Part shown: positions 38,384 through 48,067 of the stretch, one piece after another
Numbering within the stretch: position 1 is the first letter of the stretch
How the letters are laid out: the number at the start of each line of letters is the position of its first letter
Assembly: GCA_963841435.1 (NCBI GenBank)
Contig: CAWJCS010000005.1
Span: 704,001-768,000 of the forward strand
DNA from: an uncultured delta proteobacterium
GTDB taxonomy: Bacteria; Myxococcota_A; Polyangia; Polyangiales; Polyangiaceae
Direction of reading: 5' to 3'
DNA length: 64,000 nt
Translations under genes and position numbers: made by a program
The notes under the pieces: model-generated
Database searches by the model: none
Told to the model about the DNA's origin: nothing
Seen by the model: the letters and a program-made list of their open reading frames with translations, nothing else

Positions 38384-41029
38384 TTGTCGCCACCCGTGTC
38401 CATCGACCGCGAGAAAACGCTGCAGGCTGCCCAGAAGTACATCGAGAAAAAGAAGTACGACCGGGCCATCGCCGAGTACCAGCGCCTCATCCAAGAGGAT
38501 CCGAACGACGCGCGCACGCTCCTGAAGATCGGCGACCTTCAAGCGCGCCTCCAGGCGTACCCCGAAGCGATAGCGACCTACGATCGCGTCGGCCAGTACT
38601 ACTCCTCGCAGGGCTTCGCGCTAAAGGCCATCGCCGTCTACAAGCAGATCCGCGAGCTCATCAAGAAGCACGCGCCCGATCTCGCCGATCGCTACGGGCA
38701 CATCGTCCCCAAGCTCGCCGAGATCTACCAGCAGCTCGGGCTCACGAGCGATGCGCTCGCCGCCTACGACGAGGTCGCCACCCGCCTCCAGCGCGGCGGG
38801 CGGGATCGCGAGGCGATCGACGTGTTTCGCAGCATGGTGGCGCTCGATCCGTCCAATCCCCTGCCGCATCTCAGGCTCGCGGAAGCGTGCTGCCGCGTGC
38901 AGAGCCTCGACGAGGCGATCGACCTGTTCTGGCGCGCGGCAGAGCTTCTGCTGGGCCTCGGCAGGCGCGAGGACGCGCTCAAGGTCGTGGAGCGCATTCT
39001 CCACTTTCGCGTGGACCCGCGCTTCGCGCGCGTCGCCGCCGAGCTCTACCTCGAGCGGGGCACGCGGGAAGACGGGCTGCAGGCGCTCGCCAAGCTGCAG
39101 GTTTGCTTCCAGGCGGACCCGCGCGATCTCGAGACCCTGGGGCTGCTCAGCCGCGCATTCCAGACCATCGGGCAAGAGAACAAGGCGCTCGAGGTCTACA
39201 AGGAGATGGCGCGCCTCGCCCGCGATCAGGGCAAGAACGACCTGTACAAGCAGCTGCTCGGCCACCTGCGCAAGATCGCGGGTGACGACGAAGGTGTCCG
39301 CGCGCTCGAGAGCATCCGCGCGCCGAGCTCGGCGCCTCCGTCAAGCCCGTCCTCCGGCATTCCCGTGAGCCTCAGCGACTCGGGGGTGGACGTTTACACG
39401 GAGGATTCCTCGCCGAGCAGCGCGGGCCGGCGTTCCTCGCCGAGCAGCACGGGCGGGCGCTCCTCGCCCAGCATGGCGCCGGACATCATCGTCGTCGAAG
39501 AGCACAACGACTTGGTCGAGGACGACGACCGGTCGTTCGACGCGCGGGCCCACGCGCGCAAAGCCATCGTCGACGCGGACTCCTTCCGCAAGCTCCGCCT
39601 GTTTCCCAAGGCCATCGAGACGTTGCACATCGCGCTCGAGATCGAGCCCCGCTCCATCGAGATCCGCTCGCGGCTGCGCGAGATCCTCATCGAATCAGGC
39701 GACCGCGACGGCGCCATCGCGGAAACGGTCAACCTGGCCGCGCTGCACCTCGATCGCGGAGACATGGCAGAGGCGGAGTCACTCCTGCGCGAGGTGATCG
39801 AGGTGGAGCCCACGCACGCCACCGCGCTCGCCATGCTCGAGCAGCTGGGCCCGACCGCGCTCGGCACGACGGAGGTCACGAGCACGACGACCTCGCGCGG
39901 CCGCCACGCGCTCGACACGTTCGACCCCGATGCACCGCTGCCCTCGTACGACCTCGAGGAAGTCAGCGCCGATCAGGCCTTGCATCGCGGCACCACCAAC
40001 ACGACGTCGCCGCGCCTACTCGTCGTCGACGAGCCCTTCGGCATGGATTCCCAGCCGCCACCCTCCGACGCACCGGGTCCCCTGCCAAGCTACCCGCTGA
40101 GCGAAGGCGGCACTGGCCCGGGTGAAATCGACATCGACGAGATCTCGGTCGTCGAAGAGCCGCCGCCTCCACCCTCGCGCGTCTCGGCCGAGGTCGAGGC
40201 GCTCGAAGACGTGCTCGACGAGGCGGAGTTCTTCGCCGCGCGGGGCCTGTTCGAGGACGCGCGCACCATCCTGCTCGAGCAGCTCAAGAAGACGCCGCAT
40301 CACCGCCTCGTGCTCGAGCGGCTGCGCGAGGTCGAGGAGTCGCTCGCGGCGTCGGGTGCGAGCCAGACCATCGAGCGCTCGATGCTGGGCGCCGCGGCCG
40401 ACGCCGGTGCGCCCGAGGTCGACGTCGCCGCGTCGCTCGGCGCGCTCGATCAGGTCGATTTGCCGCCCGAGAGCCTGGCCGCGTCCCAGGTGACCTCGAG
40501 CATGGTCGAGGTCGACGTTGACCAGGTCTTCGCGAAGTTCAAGGCGGGCGTGCGCGCGCAGGTGCAGGAGACCGACAGCGCAACCCACTACGATCTCGGC
40601 GTCGCCTACAAGGAGATGGGGCTCGTCAAGGAAGCGATCGCGGAGTTCGAGCAAGCTGCGCGCGACCAGCATCGCGAGTGCATGTGTTACGCGATGATCG
40701 GCCTCATCTACCTCGAGAAGAACGACCTCGACCGCTCGGCGGAAGCCTACGTGCGCGCCCTCTCCGCGCAGTCGAAGACGGTCGAGCAAGAGATGAATCT
40801 GTACTACGACCTCGGCACCGTTTACGAAATGAAGGGCGACAGCAAGGACGCTCTTTATTACTTCCAGAAGATTGCCCGACGCGACCCTGGCTATCGCGAC
40901 GTCGCCGACCGGCTGAGCGCGCTCGACCCCGGCGCCCCGCCGCCGAAAGAAAAAGTGTCGCAGCGGGCCGTCAACGACGACGACGACTTCGAGCGAGCCT
41001 TCGACGACCTGTTCGAGGGCAAGTCCTGA
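38384..41029 (+). CDS. Large TPR protein, SgmX-like (myxobacterial type IV pilus polarity activator)
   Basis: N-terminal TPR array (YDRAIAEYQRL...DP.D.R.L.KIGDL...Y...GF.LKAIAVYKQI), low-complexity middle, EAEFF...GL..DA, THYDLGVAYKEMGL..EAI.EF C-terminal TPRs. Similarity to M. xanthus SgmX is recalled, not searched. Confidence 0.75.
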   Translation: MSPPVSIDREKTLQAAQKYIEKKKYDRAIAEYQRLIQEDPNDARTLLKIGDLQARLQAYPEAIATYDRVGQYYSSQGFALKAIAVYKQIRELIKKHAPDLADRYGHIVPKLAEIYQQLGLTSDALAAYDEVATRLQRGGRDREAIDVFRSMVALDPSNPLPHLRLAEACCRVQSLDEAIDLFWRAAELLLGLGRREDALKVVERILHFRVDPRFARVAAELYLERGTREDGLQALAKLQVCFQADPRDLETLGLLSRAFQTIGQENKALEVYKEMARLARDQGKNDLYKQLLGHLRKIAGDDEGVRALESIRAPSSAPPSSPSSGIPVSLSDSGVDVYTEDSSPSSAGRRSSPSSTGGRSSPSMAPDIIVVEEHNDLVEDDDRSFDARAHARKAIVDADSFRKLRLFPKAIETLHIALEIEPRSIEIRSRLREILIESGDRDGAIAETVNLAALHLDRGDMAEAESLLREVIEVEPTHATALAMLEQLGPTALGTTEVTSTTTSRGRHALDTFDPDAPLPSYDLEEVSADQALHRGTTNTTSPRLLVVDEPFGMDSQPPPSDAPGPLPSYPLSEGGTGPGEIDIDEISVVEEPPPPPSRVSAEVEALEDVLDEAEFFAARGLFEDARTILLEQLKKTPHHRLVLERLREVEESLAASGASQTIERSMLGAAADAGAPEVDVAASLGALDQVDLPPESLAASQVTSSMVEVDVDQVFAKFKAGVRAQVQETDSATHYDLGVAYKEMGLVKEAIAEFEQAARDQHRECMCYAMIGLIYLEKNDLDRSAEAYVRALSAQSKTVEQEMNLYYDLGTVYEMKGDSKDALYYFQKIARRDPGYRDVADRLSALDPGAPPPKEKVSQRAVNDDDDFERAFDDLFEGKS
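39407..39472 (+). repeat. 27-bp tandem repeat (~2.4 copies) encoding SSPSSAGRR/SSPSSTGGR/SSPS
   Basis: tcctcgccgagcagcgcgggccggcgt tcctcgccgagcagcacgggcgggcgc tcctcgcccagc seen directly. Confidence 0.8.
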
Positions 41030-41065
41030 GCGTTCGGGGGGCGACCTGCTAGCCTTGTCGCCCTC

Positions 41066-43042
41066 ATGGCCGAGCTCGTAGCGCTGCGCACGGGAAAGAA
41101 GGGGCGAGACGCCCTTCCCCGCTCGGCGTTCTTGCCGACGAACCGCGAGGAGATGCGCGTGCTCGGTTGGGACGAGCTCGACGTCCTGATCGTCACGGGC
41201 GACGCGTACGTCAACCACCCGGCGTTCGGCCCGATCCTCGTGGCGCGGTTCCTCGCCGGGCGCGGCTACCGGGTCGGGGTCGTCGCGCAGCCGGACTGGC
41301 GAGGGCCGGCAGACGTGTCGCGCATGGGAGCACCGCGGCTGTTCGTGGGTATCAGCGCGGGCAATCTCGACTCGATGCTGAACAAGCTGACCGCACAGAA
41401 GAAGGTGCGCTCGGAGGACCAGTACTCGCCCGGCGGGCGGCCCAACCAGCGCCCGAACCGCGCGACCATCGTCTACGCGAACCTCTGCCGCCAAGCGTTT
41501 CCTGGCGTGCCGGTCGTCGTCGGCGGGATCGAGGCGTCGCTGCGTCGCATCGCGCACTACGACTACTGGTCGGATGCGGTGCGCCGCTCGATCTTGCTCG
41601 ACGCCAAGGCCGACCTTCTCGTGTTCGGCATGGGCGAGCGAGCCGCCTGGGAAATCGCGGAGCGCCTTGCCCAGGGCGCGAGCGTCGGCGAGCTTTGGGA
41701 CGTGCGCGGCACTGCGCACGTGAAAAATCCAGGCGAATGGGAGAAGATCGCGGCGCGTCCGAGCCGCTTCGTGACGGACGGCCTGCCGGTGCTGTTGCCT
41801 TCCTACGAGACCGTCCGGGAGGACAAAGCGGCGTTCGCGAGCATGTCCCGCGCGTTCCAGCTCGAAACCAACCCTCACAACGCGCGACCCGTGCTGCAGC
41901 CGCACGGAAGCCAGGCGGTGTACATGAACCGACCCGCGCTGCCGCTCGCAGAAGCCGAGATGGACGCGCTCTACGATCTCCCCTTCACGCGGCTCCCGCA
42001 CCCGAGCTACGAAGAAGAGCGCATTCCAGCCTACGAGACGGTCAAGCACTCGATCGTCACCATGCGCGGCTGCTTCGGCGGCTGCACCTTCTGCAGCATC
42101 ACCGAGCACGAAGGGCGCATCATTCAGAGCCGCTCGACCGAGAGCGTGCTCTCGGAGGTGCGTAAGCTCTCGCGCATGGAAGGCTTTTCGGGCGTCTTGA
42201 GCGACATAGGCGGCCCCACGGCGAACATGTACAAGCTCCGCTGCAAGGACGAGCGCATCGAGAGCGCTTGCCGGCGGCTATCCTGCGTTCATCCCAAGGT
42301 CTGCGAGAATCTCGACACGGATCACGGACCACTGCTCGAGCTCCTGCGCGCCGTGCGCCGCGAGAAGGGCGTCAAACGCGCGTTCATCGCCTCCGGGGTG
42401 CGCTACGATCTCGCGCAGAAGAGCCCCGAGTTCATTCGCGAGCTCGCCGAGCACCACACGGGGGGCCAGGTGTCCGTCGCACCCGAGCACACCGATCCGG
42501 ACGTGCTCAGGCACATGAAAAAGCCCGGTATCGAAAGCTACGAGCGCTTCGCGAGCGCGTTTTGCCAGGCGAGCGAGGCGGCCGGCAAGGATCAGTATCT
42601 CGTGCCCTACTTCATCACCGGGCATCCCGGTTCGACGCTCAAGGACACGATTTTTCTCGCCCTCTACCTGAAGAAGAAGGGCATGCGCCCGCGCCAGATC
42701 CAGGACTTCATCCCCACGCCCATGGCGGTCGCCACGGCGATGTACCACACGGGCATCGATCCGTTGACGGGGGAAACCGTACCCGTCGTCAGGGACCTCA
42801 GGGAGAAGCGACTGCTCAAGGCGCTACTTTTGTGGTGGGACGAAGCACAGTGGCCGCTCGCGCGCGAAGCCTTGATCAAAGCCGGTCGCCGCGATCTCAT
42901 CGGGCGCCGCCCCGAATGTCTCGTGCCGCCGGCGCAGGGCGACGGCCGGCGTCCGCGAGCGGGTGAGGCTAGTCGGCGCACTCCACGCGCGCCTCGGCCC
43001 ACGCCGCGCGATCCCGCGCCGTATCGTCGACCCCGTTCGTGA
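41066..43042 (+). CDS. ygiQ: YgiQ/UPF0313 radical SAM protein
   Basis: FLPT..EEM...GWD..D...VTGDAYV.HP, GGIEASLRR.AHYDYW, RGCFGGCTFC (CX3CX2C), GGPTANMY, SG.RYDL, PYFI.GHPG. Confidence 0.93.
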   Translation: MAELVALRTGKKGRDALPRSAFLPTNREEMRVLGWDELDVLIVTGDAYVNHPAFGPILVARFLAGRGYRVGVVAQPDWRGPADVSRMGAPRLFVGISAGNLDSMLNKLTAQKKVRSEDQYSPGGRPNQRPNRATIVYANLCRQAFPGVPVVVGGIEASLRRIAHYDYWSDAVRRSILLDAKADLLVFGMGERAAWEIAERLAQGASVGELWDVRGTAHVKNPGEWEKIAARPSRFVTDGLPVLLPSYETVREDKAAFASMSRAFQLETNPHNARPVLQPHGSQAVYMNRPALPLAEAEMDALYDLPFTRLPHPSYEEERIPAYETVKHSIVTMRGCFGGCTFCSITEHEGRIIQSRSTESVLSEVRKLSRMEGFSGVLSDIGGPTANMYKLRCKDERIESACRRLSCVHPKVCENLDTDHGPLLELLRAVRREKGVKRAFIASGVRYDLAQKSPEFIRELAEHHTGGQVSVAPEHTDPDVLRHMKKPGIESYERFASAFCQASEAAGKDQYLVPYFITGHPGSTLKDTIFLALYLKKKGMRPRQIQDFIPTPMAVATAMYHTGIDPLTGETVPVVRDLREKRLLKALLLWWDEAQWPLAREALIKAGRRDLIGRRPECLVPPAQGDGRRPRAGEASRRTPRAPRPTPRDPAPYRRPRS

Positions 43043-44702
43043 CCCGCAGCTTGATGCGGCTGTGACCCGTCACGGTGACGTCGATATCCTCGGCGTCGTC
43101 GCTGCCGCGCTTCACGTCACTCCGGTAGAGAAGCTCGTTGTCCGACCATACCTCGAACACCACCGAGCCCTCGTCGCCCTGGTCGTCGTCGACGCCGATG
43201 GTGGCCTTGAACGCCATGCAATCGGGCCCGAGCCGGTAGATGAGCGCGGACGGCGCGGCGATGCCGAGGCCCTTGTCGAACGTCTGCCCGCCCACGCTGA
43301 GCGGTCCGCCGTCGCCCGCCTGGTCGGAGCCGTTGTTCCGATCCTTCTCGTAGGGGCCGAGGGCGTTGACGGCGTAGATCGCGGGATGATCGGAGAGGTA
43401 CACCGTGCCGTGAGGCCGGTTCGGCTCACTGCCCGTGACGCGCAGCAGGCGCACGTCGTGCGACTTTACCGTGCCCGTGAAGTTGTCGCGGAACGTGCCG
43501 AGGTCCTCGTGCGACCAGAGATCGCGGACGTTGGCGTCGCCGCGGCGCAGCCCCGCGTCCGTGAAGCTCGCGCTCATGGACACGTCCTTGCCCGTGGCAT
43601 TCAAGAGCAGCACGGCGCGCGCCCCGCTTTCAGCGAGCGGCTTCGACCACACCATCAGGTTCCCGTCCTGCCACACCGGGACGGCCTGGATGCCGAGCGC
43701 ATCCTGGTCGATGCCAATCACCTCTTCGTTCGTGAGGGTCTCACGCGTCACGTCGGACATGTTCGCGAGGTTCGTGCCGGCGATGAGCGGCGCCGAAAAC
43801 ATCGCCCACAAGCTGAAGTGAGCGCGCGATTCGGCCTCGGCGCGCGCGCCGACGATGTTGCCGACCTCGAGCATGTCGGGGTCGTTCCAGCCGTTCGGCC
43901 CGTTGTACGCGGCGAACGCGGGAGTGCCGCGCGCGATGGTCATCACCGACCCCTGGTTGGGCATGTCGATGAGCGTCGAGTCCCAGACCGGGGTGATGTC
44001 CGTCGTGGTGCGCCAGAGCTCGCCCATCGTCGTGCCCCACTCGAAGAAATTCCACGCGCAGAGACTGAAAACGATCGGCTGCGAAACGCCCGCGAGAGCG
44101 TCGCTCATGCGTTGGTAGCCGGCCTGGCCCGCGGCGCTCGTGTCCTCGCCGTCGGCGATGTCCTCGTCCGTGAGGCAGTTGTCGTACTTCACGTAGTCGA
44201 CGCCCCAGGAGGCCCAGGTCTCGGCGTCGAGCACCTCGTGTTGGCGCGAGCCGGCGCGGTGACCGCACGTCTGGCTGCCACGATCGGAGTAGACGCCCAG
44301 CTTGAGACCGCGTTCGTGGACGTAGTCGGCGAGCGCGGCGATGCCGCTCGGGAAATCCGGGTCCGGCTGGAACACGCCGTCCTGGTCGCGATCGACCTGG
44401 GCCCAGCAGTCGTCGATGTTGACGTACTGGTACCCGACAGAGGCCATGCCGGACTCGACCATCGCGTCCGCGGCGGACTTCACGAGCGCCTCCGTCACGT
44501 CGCAGTGGTGCGCGTTCCAGCTGTTCCAGCCCATGGGCGGCGTCGGCGCGAGCCCCTCCGTCACGGGCAACGCGTCCTCGTCGCGCTCGACAGGACCAGG
44601 ATCGACGTAGGGCGCGGGCCCCGCCTGGTCGCCGCCGCAGCCCGCGAGCGTCAACGTCCACGCGGCCACAGCGAGTAGCCGGCGGACCCTCGCTGCCTTC
44701 AT
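42969..44702 (-). CDS. GH27 alpha-galactosidase lipoprotein with a C-terminal NPCBM/NEW2 module
   Basis: Lipobox LAGC; TPPMGWNSWN, NIDDCW, GVDYVKYDNC, WRTTTDI, WNDPDML; NPCBM-type E.DR.NG.....DG.PL...G..F.KGLG. Confidence 0.93.
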   Translation of the reverse strand: MKAARVRRLLAVAAWTLTLAGCGGDQAGPAPYVDPGPVERDEDALPVTEGLAPTPPMGWNSWNAHHCDVTEALVKSAADAMVESGMASVGYQYVNIDDCWAQVDRDQDGVFQPDPDFPSGIAALADYVHERGLKLGVYSDRGSQTCGHRAGSRQHEVLDAETWASWGVDYVKYDNCLTDEDIADGEDTSAAGQAGYQRMSDALAGVSQPIVFSLCAWNFFEWGTTMGELWRTTTDITPVWDSTLIDMPNQGSVMTIARGTPAFAAYNGPNGWNDPDMLEVGNIVGARAEAESRAHFSLWAMFSAPLIAGTNLANMSDVTRETLTNEEVIGIDQDALGIQAVPVWQDGNLMVWSKPLAESGARAVLLLNATGKDVSMSASFTDAGLRRGDANVRDLWSHEDLGTFRDNFTGTVKSHDVRLLRVTGSEPNRPHGTVYLSDHPAIYAVNALGPYEKDRNNGSDQAGDGGPLSVGGQTFDKGLGIAAPSALIYRLGPDCMAFKATIGVDDDQGDEGSVVFEVWSDNELLYRSDVKRGSDDAEDIDVTVTGHSRIKLRVTNGVDDTARDRAAWAEARVECAD

Positions 44703-44715
44703 CCCGAGAGCTCGC

Positions 44716-45330
44716 TCAGGGGGCCGTGGGCGGGGTCAGCGTGGGCGCCGTGAGCGGCTTGGGCATCCCAACGGGCTCCTTCGCCGACTTGGTGTCGCCG
44801 CCGTCGCCGGGTGCGCCCTGGTTGTACATGGTGATCACGCGGTCGGTGAGATCTAGGTCGCTGCGCACGTACGGCACGGCCTGCTTGTCGACGACAACGT
44901 CGTAGCCGTCCTGAGTCGCGAGGCGGCGGATGATACCCATCGCCTTCTGGAAGATCGGCTGCGTGAGCTCGTTCTGCTTCTTCTGCAGCTCCTTGTTGTA
45001 CTCGACGAAAACCGTCTGGAGCTGCACCATCTCGCGCTGCCACTTGTCGAAGCGCTTCGCGAGCGCCGTCTTGCTGAGGACGTCCTTCTGCTTGTCGATG
45101 TCGTCGCGCTCTTTCTGGAGATCCTCCTGCTTCTTGTCGAGCTCGCGCTGGCGGTTGTCGAACAGCTTCTTCAGCGTGGCTTGCAGGCGCAGGCCATCTT
45201 CGGTCTCCATGACCGCGCGTTGCGTGTCGATGACGGCCACCTTCATTTGCTGGGCGGACGCGGGCAGCGCGTAGAAAAGCGTGGCGAAAGCCAGCGCGAG
45301 GAACGGCAAACGAGTGACGAAAGCGAGCAT
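44716..45330 (-). CDS. skp: OmpH/Skp periplasmic chaperone
   Basis: Signal peptide; KVAVID.Q.A...T..G, coiled coil, GYDVV.D...V.Y....LDLTD.VI. Confidence 0.9.
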   Translation of the reverse strand: MLAFVTRLPFLALAFATLFYALPASAQQMKVAVIDTQRAVMETEDGLRLQATLKKLFDNRQRELDKKQEDLQKERDDIDKQKDVLSKTALAKRFDKWQREMVQLQTVFVEYNKELQKKQNELTQPIFQKAMGIIRRLATQDGYDVVVDKQAVPYVRSDLDLTDRVITMYNQGAPGDGGDTKSAKEPVGMPKPLTAPTLTPPTAP

Positions 45331-45427
45331 GGCGCGGGGAGTAGCGTTTGGCCCGCGGGCCGTCAAGGGCAGTCGCCAGCTTTTGAGACCCGAGGCGCCC
45401 ATTTGCCGCTCTCGCGGGGCTCGGGTC

Positions 45428-46759
45428 TCAGACCAGGATCAAATCGTCGAGGTCGGTCGCCTCGAGCGCGGCGGCGGCGGCCGTCTCCTCGTCCCGGGCC
45501 ACGGCGAGCTCGTAGAGGTCCACGAACACCTTGGGATGGGCACGCACGGTCTCGACGAAGCGGTCGCGGGGCAAAAGCAGCGTCACCGTCGGATGATGGG
45601 CGATGGCGCTGGCAATGGCGGGACGCCTGAGCACGAGGGCAACCTCGCCGAGCGCATCGCCCGGACCTAGGCGGGCAACGACCGTTTCGTCGTCCGTGTC
45701 GTCGCGATGCACGATCGCGACCTCACCCGAAGCGATCAAGAACAACCCGTCCGTCGTGTCCCCCTGCGTGATGAGACGCTCACCGGGCTCGAAAGCGCGG
45801 ATCGCGAAATGCTGCACGAGGTCGGCGCGTTCCGCGTGGCTGACGCTGCGCAGGATGGGGCTCGTCTTGACCAGGTTGTCGAGCATGCGCCGCCGGCAAT
45901 GCTCCGCAAACTCGCGACCCAGCTGTGGGTTCTTCTTGACGGCCCGGTCGAGCGAGTCCTTGCTCGCGACGAGCAGGAGCGCGGGAGAGGCGGAGGCGAC
46001 CGTGGCGGCGCGCGGCGCGCGAGAGAGCAGCGCCATCTCGCCGACGAGCGAGCCCGTGCCGAGCCGCGCGAGGTGCACGGGACCCGACTGCCCGAGCGCG
46101 AAGCGGCTCACGTCGAGCTCACCCTGCGCGACGACGAAGGCCTCCGTGCCGAGCGCGCCCTCCTCGACGACGGTCGTCAACGCCGCGCAGAGCCTCGGCT
46201 CGAAGATTTCGACGAAGTCGCGCAGCGCGGCCTGATCGAGCGACGAGAAAAGGACGGCCGGCGACAGCGGAGACTGACCCGACGCCTCCGTGAGCAGCGA
46301 CTCGCTGGAGGCTGCGACCGCCTTTTGTGCGCGCGCCACCAGCGCTGCGCCCGACAGCGAATCGGGGACCACGGCGGGCTTGGGGGCAGGACCGGGGAGC
46401 GCCGGCGGGGCCTTTCGCTTCAGCCGGGGCGAGCCGACACCGAACGCCTGGGCGGCCTGCTCGAAGATGGGAGCCGCTTCGAGGCCGAGCTCGCGCGCGA
46501 ACGCGCCCGCGGCAACGGCGAGCGGCAAGTTGCCGGCTTCGACGGCACGTTCCGCTGCGGCTCGCAGGCCCTCGGCGAACGGCGCGGCGTCGCCGCCGAC
46601 CTTTGCGCCGAGCACGGAGCAGAAAAGGAGCGCGAGCGCGTCCTCCTTCTTGACTTCGAGGACGCCGATGCTCGCGCGCAGCCCGGGTGCCAGGTCTCCG
46701 GACGCCCACGCCTCGAGCGCGCGGTCCAGCGGTCTGATCGCGGCATCGGCCATCGCCAT
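45428..46759 (-). CDS. Protein with two cyclic-nucleotide-binding domains
   Basis: LF..L, EEG..G...FVV..G, GEMALL...PRAATV in the first domain; QG...DGLFLI.SG, GEVALV in the second. Confidence 0.88.
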   Translation of the reverse strand: MAMADAAIRPLDRALEAWASGDLAPGLRASIGVLEVKKEDALALLFCSVLGAKVGGDAAPFAEGLRAAAERAVEAGNLPLAVAAGAFARELGLEAAPIFEQAAQAFGVGSPRLKRKAPPALPGPAPKPAVVPDSLSGAALVARAQKAVAASSESLLTEASGQSPLSPAVLFSSLDQAALRDFVEIFEPRLCAALTTVVEEGALGTEAFVVAQGELDVSRFALGQSGPVHLARLGTGSLVGEMALLSRAPRAATVASASPALLLVASKDSLDRAVKKNPQLGREFAEHCRRRMLDNLVKTSPILRSVSHAERADLVQHFAIRAFEPGERLITQGDTTDGLFLIASGEVAIVHRDDTDDETVVARLGPGDALGEVALVLRRPAIASAIAHHPTVTLLLPRDRFVETVRAHPKVFVDLYELAVARDEETAAAAALEATDLDDLILV

Positions 46760-46787
46760 GACGAGGCTAACACAGACGGCGGCGCGC

Positions 46788-47852
46788 CTACCCCGACTTC
46801 CCGGGCTCTCCGCCGGGCTGTCGGCTACGCGCGATGGCCGTGGTCGCGGCCTCGGCAGCGGCCGCCACGAGCGGGACGACAATCGGGTAGTCCATGCGAG
46901 TCGGCCCGATGACGCCCACGGCCCCGCCCGGCTCGCCGTGCTCCTCGTAGCGGGCCGCAACCACGCTCACCGGGTACGGGGCCGCCGCGTCCTCGGCACC
47001 GAGGAAGACCTCGACGCGATCGGAGCTCAGGGCGCGGTCCAGTAGGCCAACGAGGCGCTCGCGGTCTTCGAGCGCGCGAAGCAGCTCCCGCATGCGCTCG
47101 ACGCTCGCGAACTCCGGCCAATCGAGCAAGAGCGCGCGCCCCTCCATCACGACCTCGCTGATCCGCGGCGCGCTGACGGCGGCCGACCGCACCAGCTGGT
47201 AGCCGAGCTCGTGCAGGGTGCGGAGCTCGTCGCGCTGGCCGCTCATCCCCTCCGACACGGCGTCGCGCAAGTCCGCGAGTGTGCGCCCCGGGGTCATCTC
47301 CTCGAGCATCTCGTGAAGCCGGTCGAGCTCCGCGTCCGAGATCGGCCCCTCGACCCGGATGAAGCGATTCTCGACGGTGCCGTCCTCGAACACGGCGACC
47401 GCCAGGAGCTCGCCCGGGCGCGTGGCGATGAAGCGCAACTTCAAGAGCACGCGGCCGTCCGGCGGCGAGCGCATCACGACGGCCGGGGCACCGCTGAGAT
47501 CGGAAAGCAACTTCCCAGTTTCGCGAGGGATGTCGGCGTCAGGGCGCAAATCCGCGAGCCACTCGCTGATGCGACCCGCGTCGTTGGCCGGCAGCCGGCG
47601 CACCTGCATGAGCGCGTCGATGAAGAGGCGGAAGGCCGCATCGGTCGGCCGGCGCCCCGCCGACGTGTGGGGCTGCCGGAGGTACCCCGCATCCTCCAGG
47701 TCGGCGAGCACCATGCGAATCGTCGCCGGCGACAGCGAAAGACCGTACTTCTTGCTGAGCGTGCGGCTCCCGACGGGCTCCCCAGTGGCGATGAACTCGG
47801 TGACCACCGCGTATAGAACGGAGCGGGCGCGCTTGGAGAGGGGGCTCAGCAT
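46788..47852 (-). CDS. hrcA: Heat-inducible transcription repressor HrcA
   Basis: FIATGEPVGSRTL, SPATIR...ADLE..GYL.QPHTSAGR.PT, GVIGPTRMDY. Confidence 0.96.
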   Translation of the reverse strand: MLSPLSKRARSVLYAVVTEFIATGEPVGSRTLSKKYGLSLSPATIRMVLADLEDAGYLRQPHTSAGRRPTDAAFRLFIDALMQVRRLPANDAGRISEWLADLRPDADIPRETGKLLSDLSGAPAVVMRSPPDGRVLLKLRFIATRPGELLAVAVFEDGTVENRFIRVEGPISDAELDRLHEMLEEMTPGRTLADLRDAVSEGMSGQRDELRTLHELGYQLVRSAAVSAPRISEVVMEGRALLLDWPEFASVERMRELLRALEDRERLVGLLDRALSSDRVEVFLGAEDAAAPYPVSVVAARYEEHGEPGGAVGVIGPTRMDYPIVVPLVAAAAEAATTAIARSRQPGGEPGKSG

Positions 47853-48000
47853 GCTTCGATAAATGACATTTTGGCTCTTTCACCCCCGGCCGGTCAAACG
47901 GAGGGCCGAGCGCGGGCCGGCGCCTTCGGGGGCGCGCAGGCGATACGCGGGCCGAGAGCGCGGAAGACCGGACGGCTGACGAGCCTCCCCGTTGAAATCC

Positions 48001-48029
48001 TTGACAGTATTGGGACCGAATCCGATGAT
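48001..48029 (+). promoter_or_regulatory. Putative sigma70 promoter of the romR-like gene
   Basis: TTGACA-N17-GATGAT, about 40 nt before the TTG start. Confidence 0.6.
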
Positions 48030-48067
48030 CGCGCTCCGTCCGCTTTTACCCCTCGGGAAACCCTGAC

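Noticed and set aside
47871-47897. Canonical CIRCE operator
   Set aside because: Only one arm partly matches TTAGCACTC-N9-GAGTGCTAA, so it is mentioned as degenerate and not listed as a feature.
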